A stretch of 64,000 bases of DNA from the human T2T-CHM13v2.0 reference genome, Homo sapiens. The stretch is taken from the NCBI RefSeq assembly GCF_009914755.1, contig NC_060943.1; one strand, written 5' to 3'. Positions 40,301-53,900 of the stretch are shown here, piece by piece; positions within the stretch are counted from its first letter, which is position 1; each line of letters starts with the position of its first letter. The notes beneath the pieces were generated by a model. It was not told the DNA's origin. It was given only the letters and a program-made list of their open reading frames with translations, and ran no database searches. Both the position numbers and the translations under genes were made by a program.

Positions 40301-43300
40301 AATTTGCAAGTGGAGATTTCAGCCGCTTTGAGGTCAATGGTAGAAAAGGAAATATCTTCGTATAAAAACTAGACAGAATGATTCTCAGAAACTCCTTTGT
40401 GATGTGTGCGTTCAACTCACAGAGTTTAACCTTTCTTTTCATAGAGCAGTTAGGAAACACTCTGTTTGTAAAGTCTGCAAGTGGATATTCAGACATCCTT
40501 GAGGCTTTCGTTGGAAACGGGATTTCTTCATATTCTGCTAGAAAGAAGAATTCTCAGTAACTTCCTTGTGTTGTGTGTATTCAACTCACAGAGTTGAACG
40601 ATCCTTTACACTCAGCAGACTTGAAACACTCTTTTTGTGGAATTTGCAAGTGGAGATTTCAGCCGCTTTGAGGTCAATGGTAGAATAGGAAATATCTTCC
40701 TATAGAAACTAGACAGAATGATTCTCAGAAACTCCTTTGTGATGTGTGCGTTCAACTCACAGAGTTTATCCTTTCTTTTCATAGAGCAGTTAGGAAACAC
40801 TCTGTTTGTAAAGTCTGCATGTGGATATTCAGACATCTTTGAGGCCTTCGTTGGAAACGGGATTTCTTCATGTTCTGCTAGACAGAAGAATTCTCAGAAA
40901 CTTCCTTGTGTTGTGTGTTTTCAACTCACAGAGTTGAACGATGCTTTACACAGAGTAGACTTGAAACACTCTTTTTGTGTAATTTGCAAGTGGAGATTTC
41001 AGCCGCTTTGAGGTCAATGGTAGAAAAGGAAATATCTTCGTATAAAAACTAGACAGAATGATTCTCAGAAACTCCTTTGTGATGTGTGCGTTCAACTCAC
41101 AGAGTTTAACCTTTCTTTTCATAGAGCAGTTAGGAAACACTCTGTTTGTAAAGTCTGCAAGTGGATATTCAGACATCCTTGAGGCTTTCGTTGGAAACGG
41201 GATTTCTTCATATTCTGCTAGAAAGAAGAATTCTCAGTAACTTCCTTGTGTTGTGTGTATTCAACTCACAGAGTTGAACGATCCTTTACACAGAGCAGAC
41301 TTGAAACACTCTTTTTGTGGAATTTGCAAGTGGAGATTTCAGCCGCTTTGAGGTCAATGGTAGAATAGGAAATATCTTCCTATAGAAACTAGACAGAATG
41401 ATTCTCAGAAACTCCTTTGTGATGTGTGCGTTCAACTCACAGAGTTCAACCTTTCTTTTCATAGAGCAGTTGGGAAACACTCTGTTTGTAAAGTCTGCAA
41501 GTGGATATTCAGACATCCTTGAGGCTTTCGTTGGAAACGGGATTTCTTCATATTCTGCTAGAAAGAAGAATTCTCAGTAACTTCCTTGTGTTGTGTGTAT
41601 TCAACTCACAGAGTTGAACGATCCTTTACACAGAGCAGACTTGAAACACTCTTTTTGTGGAATTTGCAAGTGGAGATTTCAGCCGCTTTGAGTTCAATGG
41701 TAGAATAGGAAATATCTTCCTATAGAAACTAGACAGAATGATTCTCAGAAACTCCTTTGTGATGTGTGCGTTCAACTCACAGAGTTCAACCTTTCTTTTC
41801 ATAGAGCAGTTGGGAAACACTCTGTTTGTAAAGTCTGCAAGTGGATATTCAGACTTCTTTGAGGCCTTCGTTGGAAGCGGGATTTCTTCATATTCTGCTA
41901 GACAGAAGAATTCTCAGTAACTGCCTTGTGTTGTGTGTATTCAACTCACAGAGTTGAACGATCCTTTACACGGAGCAGACTTGAAACACTCTTTTTGTGG
42001 AATTTGCAAGTGGAGATTTCAGCCGCTTTGAGGTCAATGGTAGAATAGGAAATATCTTCCTATAGAAACTAGACAGAATGATTCTCAGAAACTCCTTTGT
42101 GATGTGTGCGTTCAACTCACAGAGTTTAACCTTTCTTTTCATAGAGCAGTTAGGAAACACTCTGTTTGTAAAGTCTGCAAGTGGATATTCAGACATCCTT
42201 GAGGCTTTCGTTGGAAACGGGATTTCTTCATATTCTGCTAGAAAGAAGAATTCTCAGTAACTTCCTTGTGTTGTGTGTATTCAACTCACAGAGTTGAACG
42301 ATCCTTTACACAGAGCAGACTTGAAACACTCTTTTTGTGGAATTTGCAAGTGGAGATTTCAGCCGCTTTGAGGTCAATGGTAGAATAGGAAATATCTTCC
42401 TATAGAAACTAGACAGAATGATTCTCAGAAACTCCTTTGTGATGTGTGCGTTCAACTCACAGAGTTCAACCTTTCTTTTCATAGAGCAGTTGGGAAACAC
42501 TCTGTTTGTAAAGTCTGCAAGTGGATATTCAGACATCCTTGAGGCTTTCGTTGGAAACGGGATTTCTTCATATTCTGCTAGAAAGAAGAATTCTCAGTAA
42601 CTTCCTTGTGTTGTGTGTATTCAACTCACAGAGTTGAACGATCCTTTACACAGAGCAGACTTGAAACACTCTTTTTGTGGAATTTGCAAGTGGAGATTTC
42701 AGCCGCTTTGAGTTCAATGGTAGAATAGGAAATATCTTCCTATAGAAACTAGACAGAATGATTCTCAGAAACTCCTTTGTGATGTGTGCGTTCAACTCAC
42801 AGAGTTCAACCTTTCTTTTCATAGAGCAGTTGGGAAACACTCTGTTTGTAAAGTCTGCAAGTGGATATTCAGACTTCTTTGAGGCCTTCGTTGGAAGCGG
42901 GATTTCTTCATATTCTGCTAGACAGAAGAATTCTCAGTAACTGCCTTGTGTTGTGTGTATTCAACTCACAGAGTTGAACGATCCTTTACACAGAGCAGAC
43001 TTGAAACACTCTTTTTGTGGAATTTGCAAGTGGAGATTTCAGCCGCTTTGAGGTCAATGGTAGAATAGGAAATATCTTCCTATAGAAACTAGACAGAATG
43101 ATTCTCAGAAACTCCTTTGTGATGTGTGCGTTCAACTCACAGAGTTTACCCTTTCTTTTCATAGAGCAGTTAGGAAACACTCTGTTTGTAAAGTCTGCAA
43201 GTGGATATTCAGACATCCTTGAGGCTTTCGTTGGAAACGGGATTTCTTCATATTCTGCTAGAAAGAAGAATTCTCAGTAACTTCCTTGTGTTGTGTGTAT

Positions 43301-46300
43301 TCAACTCACAGAGTTGAACGATCCTTTACACAGAGCAGACTTGAAACACTCTTTTTGTGGAATTTGCAAGTGGAGATTTCAGCCGCTTTGAGGTCAATGG
43401 TAGAATAGGAAATATCTTCCTATAGAAACTAGACAGAATGATTCTCAGAAACTCCTTTGTGATGTGTGCGTTCAACTCACAGAGTTCAACCTTTCTTTTC
43501 ATAGAGCAGTTGGGAAACACTCTGTTTGTAAAGTCTGCAAGTGGATATTCAGACTTCTTTGAGGCCTTCGTTGGAAGCGGGATTTCTTCATGTTCTGCTA
43601 GACAGAAGAATTCTCAGTAACTGCCTTGTGTTGTGTGTATTCAACTCACAGAGTTGAACGATCCTTTACACAGAGCAGACTTGAAACACTCCTTTTGTGG
43701 AATTTGCAAGTGGAGATTTCAGCCGCTTTGAGGTCAATGGTAGAATAGGAAATATCTTCCTATAGAAACTAGACAGAATGATTCTCAGAAACTCCTTTGT
43801 GATGTGTGCGTTCAACTCACAGAGTTTAACCTTTCTTTTCATAGAGCAGTTAGGAAACACTCTGTTTGTAAAGTCTGCAAGTGGATAATCAGACATCCTT
43901 GAGGCTTTCGTTGGAAACGGGATTTCTTCATATTCTGCTAGAAAGAAGAATTCTCAGTAACTTCCTTGTGTTGTGTGTATTCAACTCACAGAGTTGAACG
44001 ATCCTTTACACAGAGCAGACTTGAAACACTCTTTTTGTGGAATTTGCAAGTGGAGATTTCAGCCGCTTTGAGGTCAATGGTAGAATAGGAAATATCTTCC
44101 TATAGAAACTAGACAGAATGATTCTCAGAAACTCCTTTGTGATGTGTGCGTTCAACTCACAGAGTTTAACCTTTCTTTTCATAGAGCAGTTAGGAAACAC
44201 TCTGTTTGTAAAGTCTGCAAGTGGATATTCAGACATCCTTGAGGCTTTCGTTGGAAACGGGATTTCTTCATATTCTGCTAGAAAGAAGAATTCTCAGTAA
44301 CTTCCTTGTGTTGTGTGTATTCAACTCACAGAGTTGAACGATCCTTTACACAGAGCAGACTTGAAACACTCTTTTTGTGGACTTTGCAAGTGGAGATTTC
44401 AGCCGCTTTGAGGTCAATGGTAGAATAGGAAATATCTTCCTATAGAAACTAGACAGAATGATTCTCAGAAACTCCTTTGTGATGTGTGCGTTCAACTCAC
44501 AGAGTTTAACCTTTCTTTTCATAGAGCAGTTGGGAAACACTCTGTTTGTAAAGTCTGCAAGTGGATATTCAGACATCCTTGAGGCTTTCGTTGGAAACGG
44601 GATTTCTTCATATTCTGCTAGAAAGAAGAATTCTCAGTAACTTCCTTGTGTTGTGTGTATTCAACTCACAGAGTTGAACGATCCTTTACACAGAGCAGAC
44701 TTGAAACACTCTTTTTGTGGAATTTGCAAGTGGAGATTTCAGCCGCTTTGAGGTCAATGGTAGAATAGGAAATATCTTCCTATAGAAACTAGACAGAATG
44801 ATTCTCAGAAACTCCTTTGTGATGTGTGCGTTCAACTCACAGAGTTTAACCTTTCTTTTCATAGAGCAGTTAGGAAACACTCTGTTTGTAAAGTCTGCAA
44901 GTGGATATTCAGACATCCTTGAGGCTTTCGTTGGAAACGGGATTTCTTCATATTCTGCTAGAAAGAAGAATTCTCAGTAACTTCCTTGTGTTGTGTGTAT
45001 TCAACTCACAGAGTTGAACGATCCTTTACACAGAGCAGACTTGAAACACTCTTTTTGTGGAATTTGCAAGTGGAGATTTCAGCCGCTTTGAGGTCAATGG
45101 TAGAATAGGAAATATCTTCCTATAGAAACTAGACAGAATGATTCTCAGAAACTCCTTTGTGATGTGTGCGTTCAACTCACAGAGTTTAACCTTTCTTTTC
45201 ATAGAGCAGTTGGGAAACACTCTGTTTGTAAAGTCTGCAAGTGGATATTCAGACATCCTTGAGGCATTCGTTGGAAACGGGATTTCTTCATATTATGCTA
45301 GACAGAAGAATTCTCAGTAACTTCCTTGTGTTGTGTGTATTCAACTCACAGAGATGAACGATCCTTTACACAGAGCAGACTTGAAACACTCTTTTTGTGG
45401 AATTTGCAAGTGGAGATTTCAGCCGCTTTGAGGTCAATGGTAGAATAGGAAATATCTTCCTATAGAAACTAGACAGAATGATTCTCAGAAACTCCTTTGT
45501 GATGTGTGCGTTCAACTCACACAGTTCAACCTTTCTTTTCATAGAGCAGTTGGGAAACACTCTGTTTGTAAAGTCTGCAAGTGGATATTCAGACTTCTTT
45601 GAGGCCTTCGTTGGAAGCGGGATTTCTTCATGTTCTGCTAGACAGAAGAATTCTCAGTAACTGCCTTGTGTTGTGTGTATTCAACTCACAGAGTTGAACG
45701 ATCCTTTACACAGAGCAGACTTGAAACACTCTTTTTGTGGAATTTGCAAGTGGAGATTTCAGCCGCTTTGAGGTCAATGGTAGAATAGGAAATATCTTCC
45801 TATAGAAACTAGACAGAATGATTCTGAGAAACTCCTTTGTGATGTGTGCGTTCAACTCACACAGTTTAACCTTTCTTTTCATAGAGCAGTTAGGAAACAC
45901 TCTGTTTGTAAAGTCTGCAAGTGGATATTCAGACCTCCTTGAGGCCTTCGTTGGAAACGGGATTTCTTCATATTATGCTAGACAGAAGAATTCTCAGTAA
46001 CTTCCTTGTGTTGTGTGTATTCAACTCACAGAGTTGAACGATCCTTTACACAGAGCAGACTTGAAACACTCTTTTTGTGGAATTTGCAAGTGGAGATTTC
46101 AGCCGCTTTGAGTTCAATGGTAGAATAGGAAATATCTTCCTATAGAAACTAGACAGAATGATTCTCAGAAACTCCTTTGTGATGTGTGCGTTCAACTCAC
46201 AGAGTTCAACCTTTCTTTTCATAGAGCAGTTGGGAAACACTCTGTTTGTAAAGTCTGCAAGTGGATATTCAGACTTCTTTGAGGCCTTCGTTGGAAGCGG

Positions 46301-47510
46301 GATTTCTTCATGTTCTGCTAGACAGAAGAATTCTCAGAAACTTCCTTGTGTTGTGTGTTTTCAACTCACAGAGTTGAACGATCCTTTACACAGAGCAGAC
46401 TTGAAACACTCTTTTTGTGGAATTTGCAAGTGGAGATTTCAGCCGCTTTGAGGTCAATGGTAGAATAGGAAATATCTTCCTATAGAAACTAGACAGAATG
46501 ATTCTCAGAAACTCCTTTGTGATGTGTGCGTTCAACTCACAGAGTTTAACCTTTCTTTTCATAGAGCAGTTAGGAAACACTCTGTTTGTAAAATCTGCAA
46601 GTAGATATTCAGACATCTTTGAGGCCTTCGTTGGAAACGGGATTTCTTCATGTTCTGCTAGACAGAAGAATTCTCAGAAACTTCCTTGTGTTGTGTGTTT
46701 TCAACTCACAGAGTTGAACGATGCTTTACACAGAGTAGACCTGAAACACTCTTTTTGTGTAATTTGCAAGTGGAGATTTCAGCCGCTTTGAGGTCAATGG
46801 TAGAAAAGGAAATATCTTCGTATAAAAACTAGACAGAATGATTCTCAGAAACTCCTTTGTGATGTGTGCGTTCAACTCACAGAGTTTAACCTTTCTTTTC
46901 ATAGAGCAGTTAGGAAACACTCTGTTTGTAAAGTCTGCAAGTGGATATTCAGACATCCTTGAGGCTTTCGTTGGAAACGGGATTTCTTCATATTCTGCTA
47001 GAAAGAAGAATTCTCAGTAACTTCCTTGTGTTGTGTGTATTCAACTCACAGAGTTGAACGATCCTTTACACTCAGCAGACTTGAAACACTCTTTTTGTGG
47101 AATTTGCAAGTGGAGATTTCAGCCGCTTTGAGGTCAATGGTAGAATAGGAAATATCTTCCTATAGAAACTAGACAGAATGATTCTCAGAAACTCCTTTGT
47201 GATGTGTGCGTTCAACTCACAGAGTTTATCCTTTCTTTTCATAGAGCAGTTAGGAAACACTCTGTTTGTAAAGTCTGCATGTGGATATTCAGACATCTTT
47301 GAGGCCTTCGTTGGAAACGGGATTTCTTCATGTTCTGCTAGACAGAAGAATTCTCAGAAACTTCCTTGTGTTGTGTGTTTTCAACTCACAGAGTTGAACG
47401 ATGCTTTACACAGAGTAGACTTGAAACACTCTTTTTGTGTAATTTGCAAGTGGAGATTTCAGCCGCTTTGAGGTCAATGGTAGAAAAGGAAATATCTTCG
47501 TATAAAAACT
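34591..47510 (+). repeat. Tandem duplication of 19 dimers (6,460 bp)
   Basis: Private SNVs cGgagc (35512, 41972) and aCtttgc (37922, 44382) are both 6,460 bp apart. The ORF-variant order is identical in the two copies. A hybrid dimer lies at ~41050-41175. Confidence 0.9.
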
Positions 47511-47979
47511 AGACAGAATGATTCTCAGAAACTCCTTTGTGATGTGTGCGTTCAACTCACAGAGTTTAACCTTTCTTTTCATAGAGCAGTTAGGAAACAC
47601 TCTGTTTGTAAAGTCTGCAAGTGGATATTCAGACCTCCTTGAGGACTTCGTTGGAAACGGGATTTCTTCATATTATGCTAGACAGAAGAATTCTCAGTAA
47701 CTTCCTTGTGTTGTGTGTATTCAACTCACAGAGTTGAACGATCCTTTACACAGAGCAGACTTGAAACACTCTTTTTGTGGAATTTGCAAGTGGAGATTTC
47801 AGCCGCTTTGAGGTCAATGGTAGAATAGGAAATATCTTCATATAGAAACTAGACAGAATGATTCTCAGAAACTCCTTTGTGATGTGTGCGTTCAACTCAC
47901 ACAGTTTAACCTTTCTTTTCATAGAGCAGTTAGAAAACACTCTGTTTGTAAAGTCTGCAAGTGGATATTCAGACCTCCT

Positions 47980-50900
47980 TGAGGCCTTCGTTGGAAACGG
48001 GATTTCTTCATATTATGCTAGACAGAAGAATTCTCAGTAACTTCCTTGTGTTGTGTGTATTCAACTCACAGAGTTGAACGATCCTTTACACAGAGCAGAC
48101 TTGAAACACTCTTTTTGTGGAATTTGCAAGTGGAGATTTCAGCCGCTTTGAGGTCAATGTTAGAATAGGAAATATCTTCCTATAGAAACTAGACAGAATG
48201 ATTCTCAGAACCTCCTTTGTGATGTGTGCGTTCAACTCACAGAGTTTAACCTTTCTTTTCATAGAGCAGTTAGGAAACACTCTGTTTGTAAAGTCTGCAA
48301 GTGGATATTCAGACATCCTTGAGGCTTTCGTTGGAAACGGGATTTCTTCATATTCTGCTAGAAAGAAGAATTCTCAGTAACTTCCTTGTGTTGTGTGTAT
48401 TCAACTCACAGAGTTGAACGATCCTTTACACAGAGCAGACTTGAAACACTCTTTTTGTGGAATTTGCAAGTGGAGATTTCAGCCGCTTTGAGTTCAATGG
48501 TAGAATAGGAAATATCTTCCTATAGAAACTAGACAGAATGATTCTCAGAAACTCCTTTGTGATGTGTGCGTTCAACTCACAGAGTTTAACCTTTCTTTTC
48601 ATAGAGCAGTTGGGAAACACTCTGTTTGTAAAGTCTGCAAGTGGATATTCAGACATCCTTGAGGCTTTCGTTGGAAACGGGATTTCTTCATATTCTGCTA
48701 GAAAGAAGAATTCTCAGTAACTTCCTTGTGTTGTGTGTATTCAACTCACAGAGTTGAACGATCCTTTACACAGAGCAGACTTGAAACACTCTTTTTGTGG
48801 AATTTGCAAGTGGAGATTTCAGCCGCTTTGAGGTCAATGGTAGAATAGGAAATATCTTCCTATAGAAAGTAGACAGAATGATTCTCAGAAACTCCTTTGT
48901 GATGTGTGCGTTCAACTCACAGAGTTTAACCTTTCTTTTCATAGAGCAGTTAGGAAACACTCTGTTTGTAAAGTCTGCAAGTGGATATTCAGACCTCCTT
49001 GAGGCCTTCGTTGGAAACGGGATTTCTTCATATTATGCTAGACAGAAGAATTCTCAGTAACTTCCTTGTGTTGTGTGTATTCAACTCACAGAGTTGAACG
49101 ATCCTTTACACAGAGCAGACTTGAAACACTCTTTTTGTGGAATTTGCAAGTGGAGATTTCAGCCGCTTTGAGTTCAATGGTAGAATAGGAAATATCTTCC
49201 TATAGAAACTAGACAGAATGATTCTCAGAAACTCCTTTGTGATGTGTGCGTTCAACTCACAGAGTTCAACCTTTCTTTTAATAGAGCAGTTGGGAAACAC
49301 TCTGTTTGTAAAGTCTGCAAGTGGATATTCAGACTTCTTTGAGGCCTTCGTTGGAAGCGGGATTTCTTCATATTCGGCTAGACAGAAGAATTCTCAGTAA
49401 CTTCCTTGTGTTGTGTGTATTCAACTCACAGAGTTGAACGATCCTTTACACAGAGCAGACTTGAAACACTCTTTTTGTGGAATTTGCAAGTGGAGATTTC
49501 AGCCGCTTTGAGGTCAATGGTAGAATAGGAAATATCTTCCTATAGAAACTAGACAGAATGATTCTCAGAAACTCCTTTGTGATGTGTGCGTTCAACTCAC
49601 AGAGTTTAACCTTTCTTTTCATAGAGCAGTTGGGAAACACTCTGTTTGTAAAGTCTGCAAGTGGATATTCAGACATCCTTGAGGCTTTCGTTGGAAACGG
49701 GATTTCTTCATATTCTGCTAGAAAGAAGAATTCTCAGTAACTTCCTTGTGTTGTGTGTATTCAACTCACAGAGTTGAACGATCCTTTACACAGAGCAGAC
49801 TTGAAACACTCTTTTTGCGGAATTTGCAAGTGGAGATTTCAGCCGCTTTGAGGTCAATGGTAGAATAGGAAATATCTTCCTATAGAAACTAGACAGAATG
49901 ATTCTCAGAAACTCCTTTGTGATGTGTGCGTTCAACTCACACAGTTTAACCTTTCTTTTCATAGAGCAGTTAGGAAACACTCTGTTTGTAAAGTCTGCAA
50001 GTGGATATTCAGACCTCCTTGAGGCCTTCGTTGGAAACGGGATTTCTTCATATTATGCTAGACAGAAGAATTCTCAGTAACTTCCTTGTGTTGTGTGTAT
50101 TCAACTCACAGAGTTGAACGATCCTTTACACAGAGCAGACTTGAAACACTCTTTTTGTGGAATTTGCAAGTGGAGATTTCAGCCGCTTTGAGTTCAATGG
50201 TAGAATAGGAAATATCTTCCTATAGAAACTAGACAGAATGATTCTCAGAAACTCCTTTGTGATGTGTGCGTTCAACTCACAGAGTTCAACCTTTCTTTTC
50301 ATAGAGCAGTTGGGAAACACTCTGTTTGTAAAGTCTGCAAGTGGATATTCAGACTTCTTTGAGGCCTTCGTTGGAAGCGGGATTTCTTCATGTTCTGCTA
50401 GACAGAAGAATTCTCAGTAACTTCCTTGTGTTGTGTGTATTCAACTCACAGAGTTGAACGATCCTTTACACAGAGCAGACTTGAAACACTCTTTTTGTGG
50501 AATTTGCAAGTGGAGATTTCAGCCGCTTTGAGGTCAATGGTAGAATAGGAAATATCTTCCTATAGAAACTAGACAGAATGATTCTCAGAAACTCCTTTGT
50601 GATGTGTGCGTTCAACTCACAGAGTTTAACCTTTCTTTTCATAGCGCAGTTGGGAAACACTCTGTTTGTAAAGTCTGCAAGTGGATATTCAGACATCCTT
50701 GAGGCTTTCGTTGGAAACGGGATTTGTTCATATTCTGCTAGAAAGAAGAATTCTCAGTAACTTCCTTGTGTTGTGTGTATTCAACTCACAGAGTTGAACG
50801 ATCCTTTACACAGAGCAGACTTGAAACACTCTTTTTGTGGAATTTGCAAGTGGAGATTTCAGCCGCTTTGAGGTCAATGGTAGAATAGGAAATATCTTCC

Positions 50901-53900
50901 TATAGAAACTAGACAGAATGATTCTCAGAAACTCCTTTGTGATGTGTGCGTTCAACTCACAGAGTTTAACCTTTCTTTTCATAGAGCAGTTGGGAAACAC
51001 TCTGTTTGTAAAGTCTGCAAGTGGATATTCAGACATCCTTGAGGCTTTCGTTGGAAACGGGATTTCTTCATATTCTGCTAGAAGGAAGAATTCTCAGTAA
51101 CTTCCTTGTGTTGTGTTTATTCAACTCACAGAGTTGAACGATCCTTTATACAGAGCAGACTTGAAACACTCTTTTTGTGGAATTTGCAAGTGGAGATTTC
51201 AGCCGCTTTGAGGTCAATGGTAGAATAGGAAATATCTTCCTATAGAAACTAGACAGAATGATTCTCAGAAACTCCTTTGTGATGTGTGCGTTCAACTCAC
51301 ACAGTTTAACCTTTCTTTTCATAGAGCAGTTGGGAAACACTCTGTTTGTAAAGTCTGCAAGTGGATATTCAGACCTCCTTGAGGCCTTCGTTGGAAACGG
51401 GATTTCTTCATATTATGCTAGACAGAAGAATTCTCAGTAACTTCCTTGTGTTGTGTGTATTCAACTCACAGAGTTGAACGATCCTTTACACAGAGCAGAC
51501 TTGAAACACTCTTTTTGTGGAATTTGCAAGTGGAGATTTCAGCCGCTTTGAAGTCAATGGTAGAATAGGAAATATCTTCCTATAGAAACTAGACAGAATG
51601 ATTCTCAGAAACTCCTTTGTGATGTGTGCGTTCAACTCACACAGTTTAACCTTTCTTTTCATAGAGCAGTTAGGAAACACTCTGTTTGTAAAGTCTGCAA
51701 GTGGATATTCAGACCTCCTTGAGGCCTTCGTTGGAAACGGGATTTCTTCATATTCTGCTAGAAAGAAGAATTCTCAGTAACTTCCTTGTGTTGTGTGTAT
51801 TCAACTCACAGAGTTGAACGATCCTTTACACAGAGCAGACTTGAAACACTCTTTTTGTGGAATTTGCAAGTGGAGATTTCAGCCGCTTTGAGGTCAATGG
51901 TAGAATAGGAAATATCTTCCTATAGAAACTAGACAGAATGATTCTCAGAAACTCCTTTGTGATGTGTGCGTTCAACTCACAGAGTTTAACCTTTCTTTTC
52001 ATAGAGCAGTTAGGAAACACTCTGTTTGTAAAGTCTGCAAGTGGATATTCAGACATCCTTGAGGCCTTCGTTGGAAACGGGATTTCTTCATATTATGCTA
52101 GACAGAAGAATTCTCAGTAACTTCCTTGTGTTGTGTGTATTCAACTCACAGAGTTGAACGATCCTTTACACAGAGCAGACTTGAAACACTCTTTTTGTGG
52201 AATTTGCAAGTGGAGATTTCAGCCGCTTTGAGGTCAATGTTAGAATAGGAAATATCTTCCTATAGAAACTAGACAGAATGATTCTCAGAACCTCCTTTGT
52301 GATGTGTGCGTTCAACTCACAGAGTTTAACCTTTCTTTTCATAGAGCAGTTAGGAAACACTCTGTTTGTAAAGTCTGCAAGTGGATATTCAGACATCCTT
52401 GAGGCTTTCGTTGGAAACGGGATTTCTTCATATTCTGCTAGAAAGAAGAATTCTCAGTAACTTCCTTGTGTTGTGTGTATTCAACTCACAGAGTTGAACG
52501 ATCCTTTACACAGAGCAGACTTGAAACACTCTTTTTGTGGAATTTGCAAGTGGAGATTTCAGCCGCTTTGAGTTCAATGGTAGAATAGGAAATATCTTCC
52601 TATAGAAACTAGACAGAATGATTCTCAGAAACTCCTTTGTGATGTGTGCGTTCAACTCACAGAGTTTAACCTTTCTTTTCATAGAGCAGTTGGGAAACAC
52701 TCTGTTTGTAAAGTCTGCAAGTGGATATTCAGACATCCTTGAGGCTTTCGTTGGAAACGGGATTTCTTCATATTCTGCTAGAAAGAAGAATTCTCAGTAA
52801 CTTCCTTGTGTTGTGTGTATTCAACTCACAGAGTTGAACGATCCTTTACACAGAGCAGACTTGAAACACTCTTTTTGTGGAATTTGCAAGTGGAGATTTC
52901 AGCCGCTTTGAGGTCAATGGTAGAATAGGAAATATCTTCCTATAGAAAGTAGACAGAATGATTCTCAGAAACTCCTTTGTGATGTGTGCGTTCAACTCAC
53001 AGAGTTTAACCTTTCTTTTCATAGAGCAGTTAGGAAACACTCTGTTTGTAAAGTCTGCAAGTGGATATTCAGACCTCCTTGAGGCCTTCGTTGGAAACGG
53101 GATTTCTTCATATTATGCTAGACAGAAGAATTCTCAGTAACTTCCTTGTGTTGTGTGTATTCAACTCACAGAGTTGAACGATCCTTTACACAGAGCAGAC
53201 TTGAAACACTCTTTTTGTGGAATTTGCAAGTGGAGATTTCAGCCGCTTTGAGTTCAATGGTAGAATAGGAAATATCTTCCTATAGAAACTAGACAGAATG
53301 ATTCTCAGAAACTCCTTTGTGATGTGTGCGTTCAACTCACAGAGTTCAACCTTTCTTTTAATAGAGCAGTTGGGAAACACTCTGTTTGTAAAGTCTGCAA
53401 GTGGATATTCAGACTTCTTTGAGGCCTTCGTTGGAAGCGGGATTTCTTCATATTCGGCTAGACAGAAGAATTCTCAGTAACTTCCTTGTGTTGTGTGTAT
53501 TCAACTCACAGAGTTGAACGATCCTTTACACAGAGCAGACTTGAAACACTCTTTTTGTGGAATTTGCAAGTGGAGATTTCAGCCGCTTTGAGGTCAATGG
53601 TAGAATAGGAAATATCTTCCTATAGAAACTAGACAGAATGATTCTCAGAAACTCCTTTGTGATGTGTGCGTTCAACTCACAGAGTTTAACCTTTCTTTTC
53701 ATAGAGCAGTTGGGAAACACTCTGTTTGTAAAGTCTGCAAGTGGATATTCAGACATCCTTGAGGCTTTCGTTGGAAACGGGATTTCTTCATATTCTGCTA
53801 GAAAGAAGAATTCTCAGTAACTTCCTTGTGTTGTGTGTATTCAACTCACAGAGTTGAACGATCCTTTACACAGAGCAGACTTGAAACACTCTTTTTGCGG

